Assembly (NCBI GenBank): GCA_045643545.1
Contig: JAZUKZ010000037.1
Span: 2,497 to 66,496, forward strand
Direction: 5' to 3'
Source of the DNA: Candidatus Aphodosoma sp.
GTDB lineage: Bacteria > Bacteroidota > Bacteroidia > Bacteroidales > Paludibacteraceae
DNA: 64,000 nucleotides
Below are positions 47,523-56,364 of this stretch, in pieces; position 1 is the stretch's first letter; each line of letters begins with the position of its first letter. The position numbers were made by a program, and so were the translations under genes. The notes beneath the pieces are model-generated. The model saw nothing but the letters and a program-made list of their open reading frames with translations, did not search any database and was not told where the DNA came from.

Positions 47523-48530
47523 ATGAGAGAAGTTAGATTTGAGAGCCAGGACCGCAGAATGGATAATATCCTCAAGGTGCTGAATGCTAACGGAATAAAG
47601 AGTGTTGAAGAGGCGGAGCAGATTTGCGAGAAGTATGGATTGGATCCATATAAGACTTGCGAGGAGACTCAGCCAATTTGTTTTGAGAATGCGAAATGGG
47701 CTTACGTGGTCGGTTCGGCGATTGCCTTGAAGCGCGGATGCAAAGTGGCTGCTGATGCTGCGGAGGCTATCGGCGAGGGTTTGCAGGCGTTCTGCATTGC
47801 TGGTTCGGTGGCTGATGACAGAAAAGTAGGTTTGGGTCATGGAAACCTTGCTGCCCGTCTGCTGAGAGAGGAGACACAGTGCTTTGCTTTCCTTGCAGGT
47901 CATGAGAGTTTCGCTGCTGCTGAGGGGGCCATCAAGATTGCCGAGATGGCTAACAAAGTGAGAAAGAACCCATTGCGTTGTATTTTGGATGGTCTTGGAA
48001 AAGATGCTGCAAAGATTATTTCGCGAATCAATGGTTTCACATACGTGAGGACAGAGTTTGACTATTTCACTGGCAAACTCAATATCGTTGAGGAGAAGGC
48101 ATACAGCAAGGGTCCTCGTGCGAAAGTTCGCTGCTATGGAGCAGATGATGTACGTGAGGGTGTTGCTATTTTGTGGAAAGAAGATGTAGATGTCTCTATT
48201 ACAGGTAATTCTACTAATCCAACCCGTTTCCAGCATCCAGTGGCAGGTACATATAAGAAAGAGAGAATTTTGGCGGGCAAGCCTTATTTCTCTGTTGCTT
48301 CCGGTGGCGGTACCGGCCGTACTCTGCATCCAGACAATATGGCTGCTGGTCCTGCTTCATATGGAATGACCGATACTATGGGCCGTATGCATTCAGATGC
48401 TCAGTTTGCTGGTTCGTCGTCGGTTCCAGCGCATGTTGAGATGATGGGATTCCTCGGCATCGGCAACAATCCAATGGTCGGATGTACAGTGGCTTGTGCT
48501 GTGAATGTAGCTTTGGCGCTGAATAAGTGA
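47523..48530 (+). CDS. GGGtGRT-motif protein (uncharacterised family)
   Basis: SVASGGGTGRTLHPDN encoded at about 48294-48340; 6-nt gap to the NifU-like gene. Confidence 0.7.
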   Translation: MREVRFESQDRRMDNILKVLNANGIKSVEEAEQICEKYGLDPYKTCEETQPICFENAKWAYVVGSAIALKRGCKVAADAAEAIGEGLQAFCIAGSVADDRKVGLGHGNLAARLLREETQCFAFLAGHESFAAAEGAIKIAEMANKVRKNPLRCILDGLGKDAAKIISRINGFTYVRTEFDYFTGKLNIVEEKAYSKGPRAKVRCYGADDVREGVAILWKEDVDVSITGNSTNPTRFQHPVAGTYKKERILAGKPYFSVASGGGTGRTLHPDNMAAGPASYGMTDTMGRMHSDAQFAGSSSVPAHVEMMGFLGIGNNPMVGCTVACAVNVALALNK

Positions 48531-48540
48531 TAATATATGG

Positions 48541-48579
48541 GAAGTCCTTGGGCTGTATTGTCCGAGGACTTCTTGTTTC
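48541..48579 (+). terminator. rho-independent terminator after the GGGtGRT gene
   Basis: GAAGTCCTTGG / CCGAGGACTTC (one wobble pair), then TTGTTTC. Confidence 0.55.
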
Positions 48580-48591
48580 ATAATCAATAGA

Positions 48592-49653
48592 ATGGAAATG
48601 AGAAAACTTTTGGCAGTTGCAGTGGTCATTGCTCTTTTGACCGGCTGTAAGAAAGAAACTAAAGTAGTTTACAGTGAACCTGTGAAACTGGCTGATTATC
48701 TGTATGAAATGAGTTATGAGGACTATGCTGCGGATTACGGCAAGGCTTTGGAGATGGATTTTGCGGCTTGCTCGGCTGTGAGGAATGGTAATTTTTATGG
48801 CAGAAATCTTGATTTTTACTATAACAATATGGCTGAGGTTGTAGTTCATGTGGCTGCGAAAGAGGGCAGGTATGCCAGTGTCGGAATCTGTCCGTTTCTG
48901 GCGGAGGGGGACAGCCTGAGTGACGAGATGGCCAGGATTCTGCCCAATTACACCTATGACGGCATCAACGAGAAAGGCGTTTGTTGCAATGTGAATGTTG
49001 TGCCAAGGCAGGATGTTGCGCCAGTGACCGGGACAAATCCTGGGAAAGAAGAGTTGGCGGCAGTGTGTGTCGTGAGGATGATTCTCGACAGAGCGGCAAC
49101 TGCAAATGAGGCACTTAAGTTGATTAAAGAATATAATGTGTCCGGCAGTATGGGTGATTTCAATTTCCATTGGATGGTGAATGACGATAAAGAGTCGTAT
49201 ATCATAGAAATCATTGACAATAAGATTGTTGCGTGGGCAAGTTTTGGTCATATAATGACTAATTTCTATGCTACACTCGATTCGCTGACTCCTCATGCTT
49301 GTGGTGTGGAGCGCTATAAGATTCTTGAGGATAATTATGCGATGGGAGCAACGATGGACGGAATGGATTCGTTGATGAGAATGGTAAGATATACCAAGGC
49401 TTATGAGAAGACCACTGTTCCATTCTGGTATTCAGAGTTCTATGGTGATGACCATGGCAAAGACTTGAATCTGTACAGCGATACTACTGAGTTTGCGGAA
49501 AAGTTGGGGAGAATAGAGCAACTGTATGAGAATATGGAGAGGGAAAATGGAATGTGGATTACGACACATTGCTCAATTTATGATATTGGGAAGAGAAGAT
49601 TCAGACTGTATGTTCAGGAGAATTATGAGCAGAGTTTTGAGTTTGGAATTTGA
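48592..49653 (+). CDS. lipoprotein, choloylglycine-hydrolase-family (linear amide C-N hydrolase, Ntn type)
   Basis: Lipobox LLTGC (Cys19). Candidate nucleophile Cys60 in AACSAV followed by YGRNLDF, as in Ntn Cys hydrolases. Confidence 0.65.
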   Translation: MEMRKLLAVAVVIALLTGCKKETKVVYSEPVKLADYLYEMSYEDYAADYGKALEMDFAACSAVRNGNFYGRNLDFYYNNMAEVVVHVAAKEGRYASVGICPFLAEGDSLSDEMARILPNYTYDGINEKGVCCNVNVVPRQDVAPVTGTNPGKEELAAVCVVRMILDRAATANEALKLIKEYNVSGSMGDFNFHWMVNDDKESYIIEIIDNKIVAWASFGHIMTNFYATLDSLTPHACGVERYKILEDNYAMGATMDGMDSLMRMVRYTKAYEKTTVPFWYSEFYGDDHGKDLNLYSDTTEFAEKLGRIEQLYENMERENGMWITTHCSIYDIGKRRFRLYVQENYEQSFEFGI

Positions 49654-49676
49654 TTAAATCTTAGAATATTGAGGGG

Positions 49677-49706
49677 CTTTCACCGAGTGGTGGAAGTTTC
49701 TTTTTT
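49677..49706 (+). terminator. rho-independent terminator after the hydrolase gene
   Basis: CTTTCACC / GGTGGAAG (one G-U pair), loop GAGT, then TTTCTTTTTT. Confidence 0.55.
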
Positions 49707-49720
49707 ATACTTTATAAGTC

Positions 49721-49798
49721 GCTGATTCTCAATGCATATCCTGTATGGAATTCAGATGGAAATGGTATGGGGTTTGGAGTAGATTCGGATGGAGAAAA
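49721..49798 (+). repeat. F2 intergenic element copy B
   Basis: GCTGATTCTCAATGCATATCCTGTATGG plus AATTCAGATGGAAATGGTATGGGGTTTGGAGTAGATTCGGATGGAG. Confidence 0.85.
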
Positions 49799-49829
49799 AA
49801 GTAGGCTGTGCCGAGAAAGCACAGCCTAC
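49791..49829 (-). terminator. rho-independent terminator after the EF-G paralogue gene
   Basis: Perfect 11-bp stem GTAGGCTGTGC / GCACAGCCTAC; TTTTTT follows on the minus strand. Confidence 0.7.
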
Positions 49830-49855
49830 ACATTTTATATATATAGGGTTCGGAA

Positions 49856-52018
49856 TTACTCCTCGTCCTGTTTTGTTGCCTCGTACTCCTTGAGCAATTT
49901 TTCCTGAACGTCAGAAGGACAGAGCTCGTAAGAAGCGAACTTCATTGAGAATGAAGCGCGGCCACCAGAGAGTGAGCTGAGGGCGGTAGAGTAGTTGGAG
50001 AGTTCCTTCAAAGGCACTTTAGCAGAGAGGCGCTCGAAGCCCTTGTCGCTCTCCATGCCCATGATGATGGCGCGGCGGCCCTGGAGGTCACTCATCACAT
50101 CACCCATGCGGTCGGATGGAACGAGGACTACTACGTCGTAAACTGGCTCGAGGACCTTAGGGTTAGCCTCTTTGAATGCCTGAGCGAATGCGTTACGGCC
50201 GGCGAGACGGAAAGAGATCTCGTTAGAGTCTACTGGGTGCATCTTACCATCGTAAACCATAACGCGGATGTCGCGAGCGTAAGAACCGGTAAGTGGACCC
50301 TGCTCCATGCGGTCCATGAGGCCCTTCATGATTGCTGGCATGAAACGAGCATCGATAGCACCACCGACGATAGAGTTGACCATTACGAGTTTGCCACCCC
50401 AGTCGAGCTGAACCTCCTGTGTGTCGCGGGCCTGGATGCGGTATTCCTGGTTGCCGAACTTGTAGACTTCCTTGACTGGCTCGCCCTCGACGTATGGCTC
50501 AACGATGAGATGAACCTCGCCGAACTGACCTGAACCACCGGACTGTTTCTTATGACGGTAGTCGCTGCGTGCTGCTTTTGTGATAGTCTCGCGGTAAGGG
50601 ATGCGAGGCTCGAGGTACTCGATAGGGAGTTTATCGTTGTTCTCGATTCTCCATTTCAGAGTGCGGAGGTGGAACTCGCCCTGACCGTAGACGATGGTCT
50701 GACGGAGCTCGCGGCTCTGCTCGATGATCCAAGTAGGGTCCTCTTCGTGCATGCGGGTAAGGATAGCGTTGAGTTTCTCATCCTCGCCGTTGGCAACGGC
50801 CTTGATAGCGCGACGGTATTTAGGTTCTGGATATGCGATCTGAGGGAACTCGCGCTCAACGTCCTTAGCGCAGAGAGTGTTTCCTGTGCGGGTATCCTTG
50901 AGTTTTACGGTAGCACCGATATCGCCAGCGCGGAGTTCGTCAACAGGGATGCGGTTTGCACCGGCAACGCAGAAGATCTGCGAGATGCGCTCCTTGCCGC
51001 TGTTGCGGGAGATGTTGGTAAGATCGTCACCAGCCTTGAGAGTACCGCTCATGACCTTGAAGTAGACAACCTCGCCGATATGTGGCTCAATGCTTGTTTT
51101 GAATACGAAGATGGTAGTAGGGGCGTCGGCATCTGGAGCAACCTCCTCGAGGTTAGTGTCGACAGGGTTTGGCATGTCGTTGACGAAAGGAACAACATTT
51201 CCGAGGAATTCCATGAGACGGCGGACACCCATATCCTTGCCTGCGCAAACGCAGAAGACAGGGTAGATGCTGCGAGTTGCGAGGCCCTTGCGGATACCCT
51301 CACGCATCTCGTCCTCAGTAAGAGACTCCTGCTCGAAGAACTTGTCCATAAGGCCCTCGTCATTCTCGGCAGCAGCCTCAACGAGTGCTTTGTGAAGTTC
51401 AGTAGCCTTGTCCATCTGGTCAGCAGGGATTTCCTTGATTTCAGGAGCACCGCCTTCTGGCTTCCAAGTGTACATCTTCATGAGGAGGACATCGATTACA
51501 GCATTGAAACCGACGCCACAGTTAACTGGATATTGAACTACAACAGTCTTAGGACCGAAGCTCTCGCGGAGCTGGTCAAGAGTCTGGTCGTAGTTAGATT
51601 TCTCAGTATCGAGTTGGTTAACGAGGAAGATGACAGGTTTTTTGCACTGGTCGGTATAGCGGAAGTGGTTCTGAGTACCAACCTCAACGCCGTATTGAGC
51701 GTTAACGAGGATGATAGACTGGTCGGTAACAGCCATAGAAGTGATGGCACCACCGACGAAATCGTCAGAACCTGGGCAGTCGATTATATTCAACTTCTTA
51801 CCATTCCATTCAACGTGAGCAACTGTTGGGAATACCGAATAACCGTATTCCATCTCGACAGGGAAGTAGTCAGAAACAGTGTTCTTTCCTTCTACAGAAC
51901 CGCGACGTTTGATAACGCCGCTTTCGTAGAGCATGGCTTCCAAGAGGGTGGTCTTTCCAGACCCAGAACCGCCCATGAGGGCGATGTTTTTAATTTCGTT
52001 AGTTTGGTAAGTTTTCAT
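49856..52018 (-). CDS. elongation factor G paralogue (EF-G2-like) with divergent GTPase motifs
   Basis: 720 aa with EF-G domain order. G1 is GGSGSGKT, G3 is DCPGSDDF (Ser where the canonical His sits), G4 is NQLD. Confidence 0.8.
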   Translation of the reverse strand: MKTYQTNEIKNIALMGGSGSGKTTLLEAMLYESGVIKRRGSVEGKNTVSDYFPVEMEYGYSVFPTVAHVEWNGKKLNIIDCPGSDDFVGGAITSMAVTDQSIILVNAQYGVEVGTQNHFRYTDQCKKPVIFLVNQLDTEKSNYDQTLDQLRESFGPKTVVVQYPVNCGVGFNAVIDVLLMKMYTWKPEGGAPEIKEIPADQMDKATELHKALVEAAAENDEGLMDKFFEQESLTEDEMREGIRKGLATRSIYPVFCVCAGKDMGVRRLMEFLGNVVPFVNDMPNPVDTNLEEVAPDADAPTTIFVFKTSIEPHIGEVVYFKVMSGTLKAGDDLTNISRNSGKERISQIFCVAGANRIPVDELRAGDIGATVKLKDTRTGNTLCAKDVEREFPQIAYPEPKYRRAIKAVANGEDEKLNAILTRMHEEDPTWIIEQSRELRQTIVYGQGEFHLRTLKWRIENNDKLPIEYLEPRIPYRETITKAARSDYRHKKQSGGSGQFGEVHLIVEPYVEGEPVKEVYKFGNQEYRIQARDTQEVQLDWGGKLVMVNSIVGGAIDARFMPAIMKGLMDRMEQGPLTGSYARDIRVMVYDGKMHPVDSNEISFRLAGRNAFAQAFKEANPKVLEPVYDVVVLVPSDRMGDVMSDLQGRRAIIMGMESDKGFERLSAKVPLKELSNYSTALSSLSGGRASFSMKFASYELCPSDVQEKLLKEYEATKQDEE

Positions 52019-52135
52019 ATCTATGAATAATTAGTAATTTACATGAAAAATGGTTTCAAAACCGATCGCAATTTACGAATTTTTCTTGAAACAGAAGCAA
52101 TTTTGGAATATGTTTCAAAATAGTTTTTTAACTTC

Positions 52136-53506
52136 TCAGCCGAATAATTTGCGGAATGCTTCCTCTACTCGAGATACCCCGACTATCTCAATTGACTGAA
52201 ATTTAGATAGATTGAGTTGAGCGCGATTGAATTCCGGAATGAGAATACGGCGGAAACCAAGTTTTTCAGCCTCAGAGACGCGTTGCTCAATGCGAGAGAC
52301 AGGACGAATCTCTCCACTAAGTCCCACCTCGCCAGTCATGCAAGTCTTGGAATCGACGGGAAGATCGAGATTAGAAGAGAGGACAGAGACAATTACTGCA
52401 AGATCGACTGCAGGGTCAGAAACGCGAATGCCGCCGGCAATATTGAGGAATACATCCTTTTGAGGAAGTTTGAAACCGGCACGTTTCTCGAGAACAGCGA
52501 GAAGCATGTTCATGCGGCGAGAGTCAAAACCCGTGGCAGAACGCTGAGGATAGTTGAATGCCGTAGAAGAGACCAATGCCTGAGTCTCGATAAGGAATGG
52601 GCGGACACCCTCTACAGTAGCAGCGATAGCCACTCCGCTGAGTTCCTGGTCAGAGTGACTGAGAAGAAGTTCGCTTGGGTTGGCTACCTCACGAAGACCA
52701 TCACCAAGCATCTCGTAGATTGCCAGTTCGTCGGTTGAACCGAATCGGTTTTTGTGCGCTCGGAGAATCCTATATAAATAATGTCTGTCGCCCTCGAACT
52801 GGAGAACAGTGTCGACAATATGCTCAAGAATCTTAGGACCAGCGATGCTGCCCTCCTTTGTGATATGGCCGATGATGAAGACAGGAATTCCACTTTCCTT
52901 GGCGAATTTCAGGAGAGCGCAACTACATTCGCGGACCTGGGTGATGCTTCCGGCAGACATCTCGACTGACTCGCTGACGATGGTCTGGATAGAGTCGACG
53001 ATAAGAAGGTCTGGCTGAAGCTCGCGGGCGGAGGCAAAGATATTTTCCAGGATAGTTTCGCTGACGATGTAGCATTCACTTTGCATTTCGCCGATGCGCT
53101 CAGCCCTCATCTTTAGTTGGTTGACGCTTTCCTCGCCGCTGGCATAAAGAATTTTTTTGCCAGACATACGGAGGGCGACCTGGAGCACAAGGGTAGATTT
53201 TCCAATGCCAGGCTCACCACCGATGAGAACCAGAGAACCCTTGACCAGTCCGCCTCCCAGAACGCGATTCAGTTCGGCATTGCAAGTGTCAATGCGCGGT
53301 TCCTCCTGATATTTAACCTCGTTGATTTTGACAGGCCGAGTGTTCCCGACTTGTTCAAAACCATGAGAGATGCGGCTTGGAGACTCGCTTTTGATGGTTT
53401 GCTCAACGAAAGAGTTCCAGGCTCCGCAGGCAGGGCATTTGCCGTAAGCCTTAGGAAAATCAGCGCCACATTCAGTGCAGACGTAAACCTTTTTATCCTT
53501 AGCCAT
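52136..53506 (-). CDS. radA: DNA repair protein RadA
   Basis: N-terminal CxxC..CxxC zinc finger, GGEPGIGKST Walker A, KNRFG motif, Lon-like C-terminal domain. Confidence 0.95.
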   Translation of the reverse strand: MAKDKKVYVCTECGADFPKAYGKCPACGAWNSFVEQTIKSESPSRISHGFEQVGNTRPVKINEVKYQEEPRIDTCNAELNRVLGGGLVKGSLVLIGGEPGIGKSTLVLQVALRMSGKKILYASGEESVNQLKMRAERIGEMQSECYIVSETILENIFASARELQPDLLIVDSIQTIVSESVEMSAGSITQVRECSCALLKFAKESGIPVFIIGHITKEGSIAGPKILEHIVDTVLQFEGDRHYLYRILRAHKNRFGSTDELAIYEMLGDGLREVANPSELLLSHSDQELSGVAIAATVEGVRPFLIETQALVSSTAFNYPQRSATGFDSRRMNMLLAVLEKRAGFKLPQKDVFLNIAGGIRVSDPAVDLAVIVSVLSSNLDLPVDSKTCMTGEVGLSGEIRPVSRIEQRVSEAEKLGFRRILIPEFNRAQLNLSKFQSIEIVGVSRVEEAFRKLFG

Positions 53507-53516
53507 TTATGGTAGA

Positions 53517-54794
53517 TTAGTCGATAATGTCAAAACCGCAGTAAGGAACGAGAGCCTTAGGGATGCGGATGCCTTCAGGCGTTTGATTGTTCTCGAGAAG
53601 TGCTGCAACGATACGTGGCAAAGCAAGAGCAGAGCCATTGAGAGTGTGGCAGAGTTCAGTTTTGCCATCAGATGTCTTGTATCTGCATTTGAGTCGGTTA
53701 GCCTGATAGCTCTCGAAGTTAGAGACAGAACTTACCTCAAGCCAGCGCTGCTGAGCGGCACTGAATACCTCAAAGTCGAAAGTGATAGAAGAAGTGAAAC
53801 TCATATCACCACCGCAGAGGCGGAGTATTCTGTAAGGCAGCTCAAGTTTTGTGACAAGATTCTCAACATGGGCGATCATCTCATCAAGAGACTCGTAAGA
53901 GTGCTCGGGCTTGTCGATGCGGACGATTTCCACCTTGTTGAACTGATGCAGACGGTTAAGACCGCGAACATCCTTGCCGTAAGAGCCAGCCTCGCGGCGG
54001 AAGCAAGCAGAGTAAGCGCACATCTTCTGAGGAAGTTCGTCCTCCTTGAGGATTACATCGCGGAAAATGTTTGTTACAGGGACCTCAGCGGTAGGGATGA
54101 GGTAAAGATTGTCGAGGTTTGCGAAATACATCTGTCCCTCCTTGTCTGGCAATTGACCTGTGCCGTAGCCAGAAGCCTCATTCACAACGTAAGGAGGCTC
54201 TATCTCAAGATAACCGGCATTGCGGGCCTCATCGAGGAAGAAATTGATAAGCGCGCGCTGAAGGCGTGCACCTTTACCCTTGTAGATAGGGAAACCTGCG
54301 CCAGTGATCTTTACGCCCATCTCAAAGTCGATGAGATCGTATTTTTTTGCCAACTCCCAGTGAGGCAGTGGAGTGAATCCTGCGAAATCTGGATTCTTGC
54401 CACCCATGCGCTCAACCTTGTTGTCCTCAGCGCCGAATCCTTCTGGAACAGTCTCGTTAGGAAGGTTAGGCACCTGAAGGAGAATGTTGCGGATATCAGT
54501 CTCGGCAGTCTCCATCTGCTCCTTGAGTTTTGCAGAAAGTTCTTTGAGACGTGCGACCTCCTGCTTAGCGGCTTCGGCCTCATCCTTCTTGCCCTGTTTC
54601 ATGAGGGCACCGATAGTCTTGGACTGCTGGTTGATTTGTGCGAGTTTATCATCGAGTTCGCGTTGAGTAGAACGTCTGACCTTGTCGATTTCGATTACCT
54701 TGTCGATCATTTCGGCTGCTGGGGCGAAATGTTTTTTGCCCAAACGGCGAACCACCTCATCGCGGTTCTCCAGAATACACTTGAGTGTTAGCAT
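53517..54794 (-). CDS. serS: serine-tRNA ligase
   Basis: Coiled-coil N-terminus, class II motifs (FRREAGS, GSALA..R). Confidence 0.95.
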   Translation of the reverse strand: MLTLKCILENRDEVVRRLGKKHFAPAAEMIDKVIEIDKVRRSTQRELDDKLAQINQQSKTIGALMKQGKKDEAEAAKQEVARLKELSAKLKEQMETAETDIRNILLQVPNLPNETVPEGFGAEDNKVERMGGKNPDFAGFTPLPHWELAKKYDLIDFEMGVKITGAGFPIYKGKGARLQRALINFFLDEARNAGYLEIEPPYVVNEASGYGTGQLPDKEGQMYFANLDNLYLIPTAEVPVTNIFRDVILKEDELPQKMCAYSACFRREAGSYGKDVRGLNRLHQFNKVEIVRIDKPEHSYESLDEMIAHVENLVTKLELPYRILRLCGGDMSFTSSITFDFEVFSAAQQRWLEVSSVSNFESYQANRLKCRYKTSDGKTELCHTLNGSALALPRIVAALLENNQTPEGIRIPKALVPYCGFDIID

Positions 54795-54812
54795 AATGTA
54801 TAAATTTTATTG

Positions 54813-55520
54813 TTATTTTTCGATTATTGAGATATAGGCGCTGAAGAGCGAAGAGACCACGTCAGGGTTCATCTGCTCAAGGTTGCGGATGAGATCCTTG
54901 ACCTTAGCCCGGTTGCCCACCTCCTCAAAAGGACAGTTCTTGATTTGCCGGTGGTAGCCCTGAGTGGTGGCAAGTTCGGCCAGTTCAGACTCGCGAATCT
55001 CGCAGAGAGGGCGAATGACCGAGAGGTTGAACTTGTCCATCGTCATTTTGGGCGGCATAGACTCGAAACGGCCAGTAAAGACCTGATTCATGAGAAGAGT
55101 CTCGGCAATGTCGTCCTTGTGGTGGCCGAGGGCCAGTTTGTTGCATTCCAGTTCCTCTGCCAAACGGAACATAACCTTTCGGCGACTCCAGGAACAGAGG
55201 AAACAGTGCGAGCGGCCCTCCTTGCGGTCACGTTCGAATTCAGTTTCCCTATATATAAAATGTATGTTTCTATCCTCGCAGAATTTGCGGAGGTAGTCGA
55301 TGTCAGATTTGTAAGGAACATTCCGGATGCCGATGTGACAGGCAAAAAGTTCGAAATGAGGAACGAATATTTTCCTGCGTTCGGCGAGAATGTCAAGAAG
55401 CGCCATAGAGTCCTTGCCGCCGCTAAGACCGACCAGGATACGGTCGCCATTCTCGACGAGCGAGAATTTCTTCATTGAGGAAGAAGCCTTGCGGAGTATT
55501 TTCTCGAACTGCTGGTCCAT
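54813..55520 (-). CDS. PP-loop ATPase, TtcA-like tRNA thiolation enzyme
   Basis: GLSGGKDS PP-loop, CFLCSWSRR and NCPF Cys motifs. Confidence 0.7.
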   Translation of the reverse strand: MDQQFEKILRKASSSMKKFSLVENGDRILVGLSGGKDSMALLDILAERRKIFVPHFELFACHIGIRNVPYKSDIDYLRKFCEDRNIHFIYRETEFERDRKEGRSHCFLCSWSRRKVMFRLAEELECNKLALGHHKDDIAETLLMNQVFTGRFESMPPKMTMDKFNLSVIRPLCEIRESELAELATTQGYHRQIKNCPFEEVGNRAKVKDLIRNLEQMNPDVVSSLFSAYISIIEK

Positions 55521-55526
55521 GGCATT

Positions 55527-56204
55527 TTATTTTCCGAGCAAGTCAGGGCGGAGTTGTTCAGTGCGTTTGAAAGCCATCTCCTGTTCCCAGTCGCGTATTG
55601 CCTTTTCATTGCCGCTGAGGAGAATTTCAGGTACACGCATTCCGCGGTATTCGGCAGGGCGGGTGTAGACAGGTGGGGCGAGGAGATTGTCCTGGAAAGA
55701 GTCGGAGAGAGCGGATTGCTCATCACCGATGGCTCCGGGGATTACGCGAACCACTGCGTCAGCGATTATTGCAGCCGCCATTTCGCCTCCTGTGAGCACA
55801 TAGTCGCCGATGGATATCTCCTTGGTAATGAGAGTTTCGCGGACGCGGTGGTCAATGCCCTTGTAATGTCCGCAGAGGATTATGATATTCTTCTTGAGAC
55901 TAAGAGAGTTAGCCATAGGCTGGGAGAATTGCTCGCCGTCTGGGGCAGTGAAAATTATTTCGTCGTAGTCGCGCTCCGACTTGAGATGTTCTATGCAGCG
56001 GAAAATGGGGTCGCATTGGAGCACCATTCCGGCGTCGAAGCCGAAAGCGTAGTCGTCAACGCGTTTGTGAGGGTCGGTGGTATAGTCGCGGAGATCGTGA
56101 ACGAATATTTCGACAAGTCCCTTATTCTGAGCTCTTTTAAGTATTGAGCAAGTGAGAGGGCCTTGCATCATTTCCGGTTGGACGGTGATAATATCTATGC
56201 GCAT
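55527..56204 (-). CDS. trmD: tRNA (guanine37-N1)-methyltransferase
   Basis: [11 protein letters not shown] and [10 protein letters not shown] motifs. Confidence 0.95.
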   Translation of the reverse strand: MRIDIITVQPEMMQGPLTCSILKRAQNKGLVEIFVHDLRDYTTDPHKRVDDYAFGFDAGMVLQCDPIFRCIEHLKSERDYDEIIFTAPDGEQFSQPMANSLSLKKNIIILCGHYKGIDHRVRETLITKEISIGDYVLTGGEMAAAIIADAVVRVIPGAIGDEQSALSDSFQDNLLAPPVYTRPAEYRGMRVPEILLSGNEKAIRDWEQEMAFKRTEQLRPDLLGK

Positions 56205-56228
56205 CTGGTAGTTTTTTACTCAAAAGTG

Positions 56229-56236
56229 CAAAGGTA
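56229..56236 (-). promoter_or_regulatory. -7 box TAccTTTG (minus strand) ahead of trmD
   Basis: Plus-strand CAAAGGTA, 25 nt upstream of the trmD ATG. Confidence 0.45.
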
Positions 56237-56325
56237 CGATTTTTTTTGCGGATTTGCAACAATTGGGGAAATATTTTTTACAAAAAAAATATGTGAAAAA
56301 ATTTTGTCATGTCGAAAAAAAATAG

Positions 56326-56333
56326 TACCTTTG
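56326..56333 (+). promoter_or_regulatory. -7 box TAccTTTG ahead of the glycogen synthase-like gene
   Basis: TACCTTTG, 32 nt before the ATG at 56365. Confidence 0.45.
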
Positions 56334-56364
56334 CAAACTTAATATTCGCAAAATTGTAACAGGT

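Noticed and set aside
47211-48329. 372-aa ORF antisense to the NifU-like and GGGtGRT genes
   Set aside because: It is a Ser/Leu-rich low-information sequence spanning two sense genes and their spacer, which is not credible as coding.
50552-52030. 492-aa ORF antisense to the EF-G paralogue gene
   Set aside because: Its composition (Leu/Ser/Val/Asp-rich, no motifs) is typical of the mirror frame of a strongly codon-biased gene, and the sense strand encodes an unambiguous EF-G homologue.
53583-54791. 402-aa ORF antisense to serS, covering almost the whole gene
   Set aside because: Same mirror-frame artefact. It has no recognisable domain, no promoter box and no independent start context.
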